A stretch of DNA of 64,000 nt, from positions 587,599 to 651,598 of the forward strand of contig OY970327.1 of assembly GCA_963717365.1 (NCBI GenBank). The letters run 5' to 3'. Numbering within the stretch: position 1 is the stretch's first letter; every line of letters starts with the position of its first letter. Below are positions 25,746 to 35,889 of the stretch, piece by piece. The position numbers were made by a program, and so were the translations under genes. This DNA comes from Candidatus Saccharimonadia bacterium (lineage in GTDB: Bacteria > Patescibacteriota > Saccharimonadia > Saccharimonadales > 2-12-FULL-41-12). The notes beneath the pieces are model-generated. The model did not search any database. It saw nothing but the letters and a program-made list of their open reading frames with translations, and was not told the origin of the DNA.

Positions 25746-26823
25746 TAGTGATTAGCACAAATAAACCCATCAATGCCACAAAACCAGTGCCATGAATAGC
25801 TTCTTCGCGGCTTTTTGTAAGCGGTTTCTTTAGCGCCCGGAATAAAAGCAGTACAAAAAGCCGGCCGCCATCAAGTGCCGGAATAGGCAGTACGTTCATA
25901 ATAGCCAGCGACAGTGACAAAATAGCAATTATAAATAGCACAAAATTGATGCCGATCTTACTGCCCTCTTTAAGAATGACAGCGATGCCTACCGGCCCAG
26001 ATACCTGTTGGCTGGCAGTTTTGGTATCTCCTTTAAATAAACTATTGATTGCAGTGCCTAAGCCTTTAAAAGTCAATTGTGTTAGCTGGCCGGTTAGTCC
26101 AACCGCTACTACTGGTGCCGACCAAGTGCTTTTTTGTAATTGTATTCCTTCGCGGCCGGGCACGATGCCCACCAGGCCATTACCAGTATTTTCCTGGTTC
26201 ACTGGCACCATTACCTCACGCTGCTGGCCATCACGAATAATTGTAAACGGAATTGTTTTACCCCTATTATCACGAGCGATTGAGCCAATCTGGGCAGTGT
26301 CACTGAGCCGTGTGCCATTAATGGCTACAATTTTGTCACCATTTTGGATGCCGGCACGAGCAGCCGGCTGAGTACCGTCTACTTCGGCAGCCAAAATGGT
26401 GACCTCGCGGGTGACCTTAGTATCGCTAGCAACTGTGAACTGGTTAGCAATAATCTTTGGCATACCCATCAGCGCCAGAAGTGTAAACAAAGCCACGGCC
26501 ACAACAAGGTTCATGACTACGCCAGCGAGCATTATCTTTACTTTGGTACTAAGTGAAGCAGAACCAAAGGTACCAGGCTTAGTGGCGGCATCATTTTCGC
26601 CTTTAAGACGCACAAAACCACCAAGCGGCAATGCATTTATCGAAAATAAGAAGGTACTTTTTTTAGTTTTAACCTTGCGGCCCCAAACTTTTGGCGGAAA
26701 GCCGATGCCAAATTCATCTACCTCTACTCCGCCGCGGCGGGCAGCAATAAAATGGCCCCACTCATGTACTACTACCAGGCCAATAAACAAAATTGCGCCC
26801 AAAATCAAAAGAAAGACTGACAT
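25720..26823 (-). CDS. rseP: Site-2 (RIP) zinc metalloprotease RseP, M50 family
   Basis: HEWGHF (HExxH) in TM1, a central PDZ-like segment, and NVLPIPALDGG near the C-terminus. Confidence 0.8.
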   Translation of the reverse strand: MSVFLLILGAILFIGLVVVHEWGHFIAARRGGVEVDEFGIGFPPKVWGRKVKTKKSTFLFSINALPLGGFVRLKGENDAATKPGTFGSASLSTKVKIMLAGVVMNLVVAVALFTLLALMGMPKIIANQFTVASDTKVTREVTILAAEVDGTQPAARAGIQNGDKIVAINGTRLSDTAQIGSIARDNRGKTIPFTIIRDGQQREVMVPVNQENTGNGLVGIVPGREGIQLQKSTWSAPVVAVGLTGQLTQLTFKGLGTAINSLFKGDTKTASQQVSGPVGIAVILKEGSKIGINFVLFIIAILSLSLAIMNVLPIPALDGGRLFVLLLFRALKKPLTKSREEAIHGTGFVALMGLFVLITIVDVKRFF

Positions 26824-26875
26824 TGCTTCTATTTTACCACGCTGGAACGTTGTATATGTTTTTTACCGTCATGCC

Positions 26876-27439
26876 CTAGACGGTCATGATTTCGGTTTCT
26901 TTGGCCTTAGCCAGACTTTCAACGGCTGACTTATGTTTAGCCAGAGCTTCATCAACTTGATGTTGTAGTCGCTTGTGTTCATCTTCGCTAATATCTTTGT
27001 CTTTTTTAGCTTGGTCAATCTCCTGGAACGTGTCGCGCCGCACGCCGCGCATCGTAATCATGCAGTCTTCAACCTTTTCGCCCAACTGCTTAGCAATCTG
27101 CTGCCGGCGTTCAGTAGTAAGCGGCGGAATTGGTACACGCACTACCCGCCCGTCATCACTCGGGTTCATCCCCAGGCTCTGATTATCGCGAATTGACGTA
27201 ACAATAGATTGGATATTAGCTGGGTCAAATGGTGTAATTTGCAATAGTTGAGCTTCCGGCGTACTGATGCTTGCCAGCTGAATCAGGGGCATTGGCTGAC
27301 CGTAGGCTTCTACGTTTACACCTTCCAGCATGCTCGGATGAGCCCTGCCGGTTCGCAGTTTCTTTAATTCAGTCTCGAAATGCGCAACGGCAGCCTGAAA
27401 CTTAATATTGGCTTGCTTAACAAGTTCTTGTGGACTCAC
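26876..27439 (-). CDS. frr: Ribosome recycling factor
   Basis: 187 aa with typical RRF sequence (LRTGRAHPSMLEGV, VPIPPLTTERR). Confidence 0.9.
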   Translation of the reverse strand: MSPQELVKQANIKFQAAVAHFETELKKLRTGRAHPSMLEGVNVEAYGQPMPLIQLASISTPEAQLLQITPFDPANIQSIVTSIRDNQSLGMNPSDDGRVVRVPIPPLTTERRQQIAKQLGEKVEDCMITMRGVRRDTFQEIDQAKKDKDISEDEHKRLQHQVDEALAKHKSAVESLAKAKETEIMTV

Positions 27440-27531
27440 TTTTCACCGCTTCCTTGCTATATTAATGACTCTATTCTACTACTATTTATAGCGTATTCCA
27501 AAGTACAGAAGAATAATGTAACCAGGTATAT

Positions 27532-27840
27532 TTAGATGTTTTGAAGTTTACCCGTAACGGTTTCTTTGACTCTACTTTTTACTAAAATTACTTTGCCAAT
27601 TGTCTTGACCGCAAGCATGAAGCCGATTTCTGGCAAGGTACGGTCGGCAACATTGGTTGTTCGTTCGTTACTCGAGTTTTCTCTTAGATTAGGCATCACT
27701 GTAGCTGAATCTATTAGGATGGAAGCTTCGGCGTACTCTGGTACTACCCGGAGGTGTCTCGTCGGATTTGGTGGGGCGACTTCGCCCTGTCCGTCTGGAT
27801 GTAATTCGGCGGGATTGGCTACTAATCTAAGATGCTTCAT
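27532..27840 (-). CDS. Hypothetical protein occupying the position usually held by pyrH
   Basis: The ORF track gives 27532..27846 with a TTG start. A more likely start is ATG 27840, preceded by TGATAAAAT (27857->27849) plus 8 nt. No family recognised. Confidence 0.35.
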   Translation of the reverse strand: MKHLRLVANPAELHPDGQGEVAPPNPTRHLRVVPEYAEASILIDSATVMPNLRENSSNERTTNVADRTLPEIGFMLAVKTIGKVILVKSRVKETVTGKLQNI

Positions 27841-27870
27841 AAACAACTATTTTATCATATAAGTCTAAAT

Positions 27871-28473
27871 TTATTCGACTTCGCCTATGGCAATACGGCT
27901 AAAGCGACGGACAACAATATTTTCTCCAAGTTTGGCAATTCCCTCTTCTTTAATGAATTGTCCCACTGTCTGGTCCGGATTTTTTACAAACGGCTGATCA
28001 AGCAAACAACGCTCAGCAAAATACTTTTTCAGCATACCTGCAACGATTTGATCCAGCATATTCTCTGGCTTGCCTTCTGACTTAGCTTTTTCACTAAACT
28101 CCTGAGCCATTTTAGCTTTTTCGTCTTCTGGAATTTGCTCCGCGCTAACGTACAGCGGACTGCTGGCTGCGATATGCATAGCAATGTCTTTGACAAGAGC
28201 TCCAAAAACCTCGTTGCGGGCTACAAAGTCGGTCTCGCAGTTCACTTCCAACACTACGCCAATCCGGTTATCGTGGTTATAAGTACTCACAACCCCGGCG
28301 CGGGCTTCACGCTCGCCGCGTTTTTCGGCTTTCGTAAGACCTTTTTTGCGCATTGCCTGAAGTGCCTTGTCAAAGTCGCCTTCGGCTTCAACTAATGCCT
28401 GTTTGGCGTCAGTAATACCAACGCCGGTGAGACCGCGCAGTCGTTTAATTTCTTCGATTGAGATGTCTGCCAT
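27871..28473 (-). CDS. tsf: Elongation factor Ts
   Basis: N-terminal UBA-like IKRLRGLTGVGITDAKQALVEAEGD. 200 aa short form. Confidence 0.9.
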   Translation of the reverse strand: MADISIEEIKRLRGLTGVGITDAKQALVEAEGDFDKALQAMRKKGLTKAEKRGEREARAGVVSTYNHDNRIGVVLEVNCETDFVARNEVFGALVKDIAMHIAASSPLYVSAEQIPEDEKAKMAQEFSEKAKSEGKPENMLDQIVAGMLKKYFAERCLLDQPFVKNPDQTVGQFIKEEGIAKLGENIVVRRFSRIAIGEVE

Positions 28474-28475
28474 AG

Positions 28476-29285
28476 TTACTTTCCTTCTTTAGTAGTTTCT
28501 GCAGGAGTGGGAGATGGTGCTTCATCTGGCTTACCGGCAACCGCCGGAGCGGATGAACCAGCTTCGTCTTTATCTGGAATCGGAATTTTCTTCTGCAACT
28601 CGGTTTTGCCAGAATTGATAGCCGAGACAAAGTAACTCATGATCAGATCGATGGTTTTAATTGCATCATCATTAGCTGGGATTACGTAGTCGATCAGGCT
28701 TGGATCGGCATTTGTATCAACGATAGCGATGACCGGAATACCGAGTTTGCGGGCTTCGCGGATAGCGTTCATCTCGTTAATAACGTCCACTACAAACACC
28801 GCGCCTGGTTTGTTCGACATATGCTTGATACCTCCGTACTGGTGATTCATGGCGTCTATTTCTTCTTGGTAGCGCTGGACTTCGAGCTTGTTGTACTTAG
28901 CATCTAACGCGCCTGAAGCCATGCGGGTCTCGAGGTCTTTTAGGTGCTTAATACGGCCGTTCATTGTAGTCGTGTTGGTTAGCATACCGCCAACCCAACG
29001 CTCTACGACAAATGGCATACCAGTATCATCGGCAGCCTTGCGCACGATGTCTTTTGCTTGGCGCTTAGTACCAACCAGCAAAATCTGCTTGCCGGCACTA
29101 GCGGTTTTATTAGCAAACGCCAAAGCTTCTTCCAGACCATCGACTGTTTTGGTTAGGTCGATAATATGACTGCCAGTCCGTTTGCTATGGATATACGTCG
29201 CCATTTTTGGGTGCCAACGACTTGTTTTGTGCCCAAAGTGGGCGCCCGCTTCTAATAATTGTTTAATGTCTACGTCAATAGCCAT
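28476..29285 (-). CDS. rpsB: 30S ribosomal protein S2
   Basis: Typical start MAIDVDIKQLLEAGAHFGH at 29285 (the ORF track extends to 29348). C-terminal P/A/E-rich extension. Confidence 0.9.
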   Translation of the reverse strand: MAIDVDIKQLLEAGAHFGHKTSRWHPKMATYIHSKRTGSHIIDLTKTVDGLEEALAFANKTASAGKQILLVGTKRQAKDIVRKAADDTGMPFVVERWVGGMLTNTTTMNGRIKHLKDLETRMASGALDAKYNKLEVQRYQEEIDAMNHQYGGIKHMSNKPGAVFVVDVINEMNAIREARKLGIPVIAIVDTNADPSLIDYVIPANDDAIKTIDLIMSYFVSAINSGKTELQKKIPIPDKDEAGSSAPAVAGKPDEAPSPTPAETTKEGK

Positions 29286-29470
29286 ATGGTTGGTATCCTT
29301 TCTCTTCACCGGGGAGACCTTTGCGTTTCCGGAGACGGAAGTTCGCATTGGAGGAACTAATTCCCTGGCTGCTTAATTAGTTAGTACGCTTATTTTAACA
29401 TGATCAACAGTTCTGAGCAATGCACTGGCAGGCTCAACAGAATATTTGCGCAAACAAAATGAGTAGCTCT

Positions 29471-30415
29471 CTACTCTATTTCTTGTTCTTTGCCTGCCTT
29501 GCGACCAGCTTTTCTCAAATCAAGTTCATACTTGCGTAATTCTGCACGTGACATACTAGTAAATTTTTCTACCAGAGGATGGGCTCCTAATTGGCCCTCG
29601 GCTACTTCGGCCCGCGGCATGCCTTGGGCAGCCGTGAAAGTACCGGCTGAACGTATAGCTGGATCGCCGTTAATTAGTAATTGCCTGCCTGCTAGTCTCT
29701 GCTCTACTGTAGACTCAGGTTTAACTTCCGCTACTATCTCGTCAACTTCATTAGCCAAGTCTGGTTCTTCTAAGTGGACTTGAAGATATTCTTCACGGTA
29801 CTTATACGCTAATCGAGCAGTGGCTTCGGGAATAATTAATCCACTAGCGTGACGCACATTAAATCTTCCGACCGAGAAAACAGCAAAAGCACCCAGCGTA
29901 CGCAGCCCGCTCTGCATAGTTTGGTCTAGTGCTTCATCGAGCATTTCATCAGTACCCTGTTCACCATATCGTCTTGTCAACACTTTCGTTAAGCGGTCTC
30001 CGTATTTATGCAAGTTATGAACCGTCCCTTTATAGTTATCGATGAAAGCCCGGTAACTTCTATAGGGATTATCTAGCTTCGGATTTAAGAAAAAGTAATC
30101 TTTTATCTGGACTGCTTCGTGATCATAGTAATCCTCTAGAGTAGCTGCTTCATCAGCTTTATAATCAGGGTCTGCATCGATATAACTTACTCCAATTACC
30201 GCAATTCTCTCTGGATCTAGCACCATTATTGCTTCAGCGGTACTCACCGCGAATGCTCCCACCTCACGTACAAAAGGCTCGCTGAGAGCCTCGGCTGCCT
30301 TAATATTTTTCTCAGCCACACTTTCAAACATCGGTAATATTTCTCGAGTCACTGTAGTGTTCTTTCTTCGTAAATAAATTTTTAAAATTTTACCGTAATA
30401 CTTTAATTTTGTCAA
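29471..30415 (-). CDS. Hypothetical protein
   Basis: 314-aa ORF that may start at an internal Met (MFESVAEKNIK...). No family recognised. Confidence 0.4.
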   Translation of the reverse strand: MTKLKYYGKILKIYLRRKNTTVTREILPMFESVAEKNIKAAEALSEPFVREVGAFAVSTAEAIMVLDPERIAVIGVSYIDADPDYKADEAATLEDYYDHEAVQIKDYFFLNPKLDNPYRSYRAFIDNYKGTVHNLHKYGDRLTKVLTRRYGEQGTDEMLDEALDQTMQSGLRTLGAFAVFSVGRFNVRHASGLIIPEATARLAYKYREEYLQVHLEEPDLANEVDEIVAEVKPESTVEQRLAGRQLLINGDPAIRSAGTFTAAQGMPRAEVAEGQLGAHPLVEKFTSMSRAELRKYELDLRKAGRKAGKEQEIE

Positions 30416-30479
30416 AAATGGTCGCCAGAAATACCGCCCAGGTTGTTCTATACAACGTTTTACGCTATAATAACCCCTA

Positions 30480-30821
30480 ATGAAAAAAGATATCCACCCA
30501 AAGAACTACCGTCCTGTCGTGTTTCAGGACTTGTCTAACGGCACCTCATTTCTTATGATGTCCACTGCTCCCACAGACGAAAAGATCAAGCACGACGACG
30601 GCAAAGAGTATCCGCTGGTTAAGGTACACATTAGCAGCGCCTCACACCCCTTCTTCACCGGCCAGGAGAAACTAGTCGACATCGAAGGCCGTGTTGACAA
30701 GTTCAAAGCCCGCACCGAAGCTGCCGCCAAAAAGCGCGAAGAAGCCTCGGCTCGCACTAAAAAAGCCCGCAAAGAACAAGACGCGCCGACCAAACTGGCC
30801 GACGCTAAAACTACTAAGTAA
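30480..30821 (+). CDS. rpmE: 50S ribosomal protein L31, type B (no Zn-binding Cys), with a Lys/Ala-rich C-terminal extension
   Basis: [10 protein letters not shown]...[29 protein letters not shown] (30466-30471) lies 8 nt upstream of the ATG. Confidence 0.85.
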   Translation: MKKDIHPKNYRPVVFQDLSNGTSFLMMSTAPTDEKIKHDDGKEYPLVKVHISSASHPFFTGQEKLVDIEGRVDKFKARTEAAAKKREEASARTKKARKEQDAPTKLADAKTTK

Positions 30822-30836
30822 TTTACCGTGTGGTTG

Positions 30837-31229
30837 TTACCGGTTTTTAGGCTGGTTCATCGTTTCTGCTATGCCTATGCCGGTGATTTGGCGCGCGCCG
30901 CGTTGTTCATCTAGTTCTGGTGAAACCGCATGGCTTGGGTATGAGTTTGATTGACGACTAAATTCTTGTTCGTATAAAGGAGTGCAAGTAAGATCGATGG
31001 GATGCTCCGGATTGGCAGCAAATTGTGACGGGGCACCGACTATTTCTTCGGCAGGCACGTGTTCAATTCTGCCAATAATACCAACTGGCGCGTTGAGTAA
31101 CCGTGTTTTTCCCTTGCCGGCGGCGCTTGCGTGCCGCAGCCCCTTCATCGTTATCTCTCCGTCCGCGCCAATTATTACGTCATTCCGGAATCCATCGAAT
31201 TCGGGTCCGTCTATTTTTTTATTTTTCAT
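30837..31229 (-). CDS. Hypothetical protein
   Basis: 130-aa ORF convergent with rpmE. No family recognised. Confidence 0.35.
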   Translation of the reverse strand: MKNKKIDGPEFDGFRNDVIIGADGEITMKGLRHASAAGKGKTRLLNAPVGIIGRIEHVPAEEIVGAPSQFAANPEHPIDLTCTPLYEQEFSRQSNSYPSHAVSPELDEQRGARQITGIGIAETMNQPKNR

Positions 31230-31339
31230 TTTTATATCCTGTTTTTATATTTATAGCTTTCACTTAATATTAACAGACTTGTACTACTTTGTCAATTGTT
31301 AGCATGATGATAACAGAGGTGATATACTAATTCTAGTAT

Positions 31340-32392
31340 ATGGAACAAAAAGAACAATCCCTTCGCCGTGAACTCGAGGAACTGCAGAAAAAGCTGGAGG
31401 ATCCATCCGTTTACGCCGACCCTGCTTACCCCAAGTTAGCACGGCGCCAGAAACATTTGGAAGATACGCTGGCGCTAATGAAAGAAGCCCGGCGACTGGA
31501 CAATGAACTTAAATTAGCTCAGGAAATGATTGAAGCCGGTGGCGAACTGGCAGAGTTGGCTGTTCTGGAGTTGGACGATTTACAGGCTAAAAAACAAAAG
31601 ACCGATGACGAGCTGGAAGAAATTATGACGCCCAAAGATCCGAACGACGAACGAAATGTCATAGTGGAAATCCGAGCGGCCGCTGGCGGCGATGAAGCTA
31701 GCTTGTTTGCCGGCGAGCTATACCGCATGTACGCCCGCTGGGCTGAGACCAATGATTTTAAGGTAGAGCATGTCAGCGACAGCGCCAGCGAAGCTGGTGG
31801 CTTTAAAGAGGTCGTCTTCTTAGTTAAGGGCGACTTTGCGTATAAGAATTTGAAATTTGAAGCTGGAGTTCACCGTGTGCAACGAATTCCAACCACCGAA
31901 TCACAAGGCCGCGTCCATACCAGCACTGTTACTGTAGCCGTTATGCCAGAAGCGGAGGAAACCGACGTTGAAATTCGGGCTCAGGACCTGCGGATCGATG
32001 TCTACCGCGCCGGCGGCCACGGCGGCCAGAGCGTGAACACGACGGACTCCGCCGTGCGCATCACCCACTTGCCCACTGGCTTGGTGGTTTCCAACCAAGA
32101 CGAAAAATCCCAGATAAAGAACAAAGAAAAGGCTATGAGTGTACTGCGCTCGCGTATATTGCAGGCCAAGATCGACAGCGAACAAAAAGAATTATCCGAC
32201 GCCCGTAAAAAGTTAATTGGCTCAGGTGACCGTTCCGAAAAAATTCGTACTTATAACTTCCCACAAGATCGCATCACCGACCATCGTATCGGTTACAGTC
32301 GCAGTAACATTCCCGCCGCGCTAGCCGGCGATATCAGTGACCTTATAGAAAACTTGCAAGCCGCCGAGCGCCAAGCGCTCAGCGAGGGTTAA
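31340..32392 (+). CDS. prfA: Peptide chain release factor 1
   Basis: 350 aa with a PxT-type tripeptide ([14 protein letters not shown]) and GGQ ([10 protein letters not shown]). Confidence 0.92.
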   Translation: MEQKEQSLRRELEELQKKLEDPSVYADPAYPKLARRQKHLEDTLALMKEARRLDNELKLAQEMIEAGGELAELAVLELDDLQAKKQKTDDELEEIMTPKDPNDERNVIVEIRAAAGGDEASLFAGELYRMYARWAETNDFKVEHVSDSASEAGGFKEVVFLVKGDFAYKNLKFEAGVHRVQRIPTTESQGRVHTSTVTVAVMPEAEETDVEIRAQDLRIDVYRAGGHGGQSVNTTDSAVRITHLPTGLVVSNQDEKSQIKNKEKAMSVLRSRILQAKIDSEQKELSDARKKLIGSGDRSEKIRTYNFPQDRITDHRIGYSRSNIPAALAGDISDLIENLQAAERQALSEG

Positions 32393-32396
32393 TGCC

Positions 32397-32936
32397 ATGT
32401 CCGCGTATTTAATCACCGGCCCGAACGGATCAGGCAAAAGTACGGTTGGCAGAGTGCTAGCTAGTCGTGGCTATAAAGTTATCGAAATGGACCATGAACC
32501 GGGCCTAAGCGGCTGGGTTGATGCCAAATCCCGCGAAAAAGTCGTAGACTTCCCACCTCATCCGCTTAGCCAAGAGTGGCTAACAGCGCATGCCTGGGTC
32601 TGGTTTAGAGACAGGTTTGAAGAAATAGTGGCGGCAAAGCCGGAACACCCAATCTTTTTTTGCGGTGGTGCCTACAACCAGCATGACTTTTACCACTTGT
32701 TTACTCAACGTTTCACACTCTATCTTGATGATGAGACGACTACGCAACGACTTCAGCTCCGCGAGCCAGAACGCTGGCAGGATGGTTCGGCAGAGTTAAA
32801 AAGTACACTGGCCTGGAATGCCAAATCTAAACAAATCAGCATTGAACAAGGTTCAGTTGTAATTGATGGAGTACAAGATGCCGAAGAAATTGCCGATCAA
32901 ATCTTGAGCCATGTAATCAAGGATATGGTTGAATAA
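32397..32936 (+). CDS. P-loop NTPase / small-molecule or nucleotide kinase-like protein
   Basis: Walker A GPNGSGKST at the N-terminus. 179 aa, inserted between prfA and prmC. Confidence 0.5.
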   Translation: MSAYLITGPNGSGKSTVGRVLASRGYKVIEMDHEPGLSGWVDAKSREKVVDFPPHPLSQEWLTAHAWVWFRDRFEEIVAAKPEHPIFFCGGAYNQHDFYHLFTQRFTLYLDDETTTQRLQLREPERWQDGSAELKSTLAWNAKSKQISIEQGSVVIDGVQDAEEIADQILSHVIKDMVE

Positions 32937-33795
32937 TATGACGATTGCGCAGTGGATGGTTGATTCTATGGTTAAACTGCATGATGCTGATGTGCCCAGC
33001 GGGCGTACCGACGTGCTGGTCCTGCTGAGCGATTTGTTTGGCACCGACAAGTCGTGGGTGCATACGCATCCGGAACAGGAACTTGACGAACTGCAGCTGC
33101 GTGAGCTTGGGTACAAACTTACTAAGCGCATTAATCATACTCCTTTGGCCTATATTCGTGGTTTTAAGGAGTTTTATGGACGACAATTTACAGTTAATTC
33201 CAAGGTGCTGGTGCCACGACCAGAATCTGAGAGTTTTATAACACTTATTAAAACAATTGATATGGAAATGCCGCGGATTGCAGACATTGGAACCGGATCA
33301 GGCTGCTTAGGTATTACGGCGGCCTTGGAGATGCCTGAATCTACCGTCCATTTATATGACATTAACTTGGGCGCCCTGGGTGTTGCCAAATATAATGCGT
33401 TGCAGCACGGACTGGAATTACCGTGCTTTGAATCTGACCTGTTAAACAATTTAGCCGGCGGACCCTACGACATTTTATTGGCTAACCTGCCCTATGTGCC
33501 AAAAAATCTTGTCACCAGCCCAGAGATCACCCGTGAGCCGGCATTGGCGTTATTTTCGGGCCTTGATGGACTAGACCACTACCGACAGTTCTGGAAGCAG
33601 GTACGTGCCTTACCAAACAATCTACCGTTAGATCCAAAGTCTGAATCGGCACGTAAACCAAAGTATATTCTGGTTGAATCTCTGGAAAATCAGCACGGTT
33701 CGTTGGAAACACTCGCTAAAAATGCTGGTTACAAATTAGTGGAAACTGATGTTCTAGTGCAGCTCTTCACAATCAATAAAGGCCATAGACCCTAG
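32929..33795 (+). CDS. prmC: Release-factor glutamine N5-methyltransferase PrmC/HemK
   Basis: SAM motif DIGTGSGCLG and an NPPY-like NLPYVP. Follows prfA. Confidence 0.8.
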   Translation: MNNMTIAQWMVDSMVKLHDADVPSGRTDVLVLLSDLFGTDKSWVHTHPEQELDELQLRELGYKLTKRINHTPLAYIRGFKEFYGRQFTVNSKVLVPRPESESFITLIKTIDMEMPRIADIGTGSGCLGITAALEMPESTVHLYDINLGALGVAKYNALQHGLELPCFESDLLNNLAGGPYDILLANLPYVPKNLVTSPEITREPALALFSGLDGLDHYRQFWKQVRALPNNLPLDPKSESARKPKYILVESLENQHGSLETLAKNAGYKLVETDVLVQLFTINKGHRP

Positions 33796-33808
33796 GTCTA
33801 GCGGTTTA

Positions 33809-35080
33809 TTAGTTTTGAGGCGCAGCTTCAAGTATTACGTCGAGTGGCTGCTCTTTTTTGTCACGGATGATAGTAAGCGTAACTTTATCTCCTACGGGGT
33901 GACGGCCGAGCAGTGATATTAGGCTATTTGTTTCGTTAATGGCATCATTTCCAACTTTTGTAATGATATCACCTTCTTGCAAGCCAGCTTTAGAAGCAGG
34001 ACTATTTGGGATAATCGATGGAGGTTGTCCGGGTTCAGTAGGTGCAATGTAGGCACCGCGTTTTGTTTCTAAATTATACTGAAAAGCCGCGTCGTCATTG
34101 AGTGTCACATAACGAACGCCAAGATACGGCCGAAGTAGCTTTCCGTCTTTGAGAACACTCGTAATAAGGCCTTTGACGTCATTAACCGGGATAGCAAATC
34201 CAACGTTCTGGGCGTCGCCGCCAGCGATAGCAGTGTTAATGCCAATCACTTCGCCGTCCAAATTAACAAGCGGGCCGCCGGAATTTCCTTCGTTAATTGC
34301 GGTATCTGTTTGGAATAAGTTTTGAAGTGATTCACTGCTGCCTATGCCACTGCTATCTCCAGCTTCGACGCTGCGGCCATAACCAGAAATAATCCCGGCC
34401 GTAACGGTATTTTGAAACTGGCCGAGCGCATTGCCAATAGCAATGGCATTTTGACCAACTTCCACCTTAGAAGAGTCACCGATTTTGGCCGCTTTAAGTT
34501 CTTTCCCTTTTTTGTCAGTTATCTTAAGGAAGGCGACATCGAGCGTGTCGTTGTCGTTGGTGCGGCCAATAACCTCTACATTTTCAAGTTCGGTTCCATC
34601 GGACAAAGTAACGTTAACTGACGTGGCACCGGCAGGAATTACGTGCCGGTTAGTGATAATCGTACCGTTGGTATCAATAATAATACCTGTGCCAGCGCTT
34701 CGCTGCTCAATTGCCCGGTTACCGAAGGAGGTTGCACGAACGGCTTGGCTGGTAACATTAATTGATACTACGCTTGGGCCAACCTCTTTGACTAGTTGGA
34801 TAATCCGGGCACTTTCATCAGTTACTGTTTGCCGTTCTGAACCTCCTGAAAGGCCACCGGTGTCGTTGGCTCGGTCACCAAAATACCCACCTAGAAAACC
34901 AAAAGTAGTACTAAAAATTAGCAATAACGTTATAGCCATGACTCGCTGCTTGCCGCTGCTGTCAGCTACTGCGTGCTGTTGTTGCGGCTCATTTCCGGCA
35001 GGCCATAACGGTGGCAAAGAAGCAGTTTCTGGATCCTTTGTATCGTTTGCTGTCTGATTATTTGCTGGATCTGTGTTCAT
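33809..35080 (-). CDS. htrA: HtrA/DegP-family serine protease with PDZ domain
   Basis: N-terminal TM, trypsin-like catalytic motifs (TNRHV, GNSGGPL) and a C-terminal PDZ. Confidence 0.85.
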   Translation of the reverse strand: MNTDPANNQTANDTKDPETASLPPLWPAGNEPQQQHAVADSSGKQRVMAITLLLIFSTTFGFLGGYFGDRANDTGGLSGGSERQTVTDESARIIQLVKEVGPSVVSINVTSQAVRATSFGNRAIEQRSAGTGIIIDTNGTIITNRHVIPAGATSVNVTLSDGTELENVEVIGRTNDNDTLDVAFLKITDKKGKELKAAKIGDSSKVEVGQNAIAIGNALGQFQNTVTAGIISGYGRSVEAGDSSGIGSSESLQNLFQTDTAINEGNSGGPLVNLDGEVIGINTAIAGGDAQNVGFAIPVNDVKGLITSVLKDGKLLRPYLGVRYVTLNDDAAFQYNLETKRGAYIAPTEPGQPPSIIPNSPASKAGLQEGDIITKVGNDAINETNSLISLLGRHPVGDKVTLTIIRDKKEQPLDVILEAAPQN

Positions 35081-35115
35081 ATACCACTAATTATACAGAT
35101 AGATGCAGATAAGCT

Positions 35116-35877
35116 CTAGATTCCACTAACTCCCCAGTTAGACAAAGCAATCAATACCCCAACGACTGAAACCATCACAAATACTAATTGGCGTTGTACA
35201 AGTTTTGAAAGTTTATCGGTTTCTGACAGATAATAAAGTCCGGCCAGTCCGTATGCCAAGATTGATAAAAAAATTGCCGGCTGGGCAGCTGGTCCATAAA
35301 ATAGCAACCAATGACTTAATACCCAAACAAGGCAAGCGCCAAAGAGAGTCCATGACCAACAATATGCTTCATAGTGTCTCTCTTCAAAACTGGCAAAAAA
35401 GTGACGGGCACAGAAATATAAAATGGCGGCAACAGCAATAATATAAGCGCTGATCGGTGCTTTTTCAAAGGCGATAAAAAGTGCGATTAAGCCGCTTAGT
35501 TGAGCAATTAAAGCCTGCAAGGATATCTTCATCGGGCTGGTGCCTGGTTTTATATACAAGACCCAGAATTCAAATATTACTAACCATAATAACTGCCAGA
35601 CAAGTTCATTTGTGCTAGCCATAAACGCTAGAATAGATACGCTAAAGATAATATCAACGGCGTTGGTTCTTAAATGAGCCAACCAGTGGCGTGGCCGGAC
35701 CGCAAAAATACGCCATTTACTTAGAAGAATAACTGCTAGAGCGACGCTGAATAATTCGAGTCGAACAAATGCAAGCACCAGCAATGGCAAAAAGGCTACG
35801 AAGCCAAGATGAAAGAAATGCGCGAAACCGTGCTTTGGACGCATTCTACCAGGCAAGGCGGGCAGCAGCTTAGACAT
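35116..35877 (-). CDS. Hypothetical polytopic membrane protein
   Basis: 253 aa with about 8 hydrophobic helices. Confidence 0.4.
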   Translation of the reverse strand: MSKLLPALPGRMRPKHGFAHFFHLGFVAFLPLLVLAFVRLELFSVALAVILLSKWRIFAVRPRHWLAHLRTNAVDIIFSVSILAFMASTNELVWQLLWLVIFEFWVLYIKPGTSPMKISLQALIAQLSGLIALFIAFEKAPISAYIIAVAAILYFCARHFFASFEERHYEAYCWSWTLFGACLVWVLSHWLLFYGPAAQPAIFLSILAYGLAGLYYLSETDKLSKLVQRQLVFVMVSVVGVLIALSNWGVSGI

Positions 35878-35889
35878 TAGGACACACCT

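Noticed and set aside
27700-27830. tRNA-like or tmRNA 3-prime end suggested by TGGTGGGGCGACTTCGCCC, and a general search for tmRNA, RNase P, SRP or 6S RNA in the spacers.
   Set aside because: The hairpin loop is 4 nt rather than a 7-nt T-loop, and there is no GGUUCGA or acceptor pairing. I found no GAGGAAAGUCC (RNase P), no SRP GGAA-tetraloop helix and no tmRNA tag frame. The segment is better explained as coding (27532..27840).
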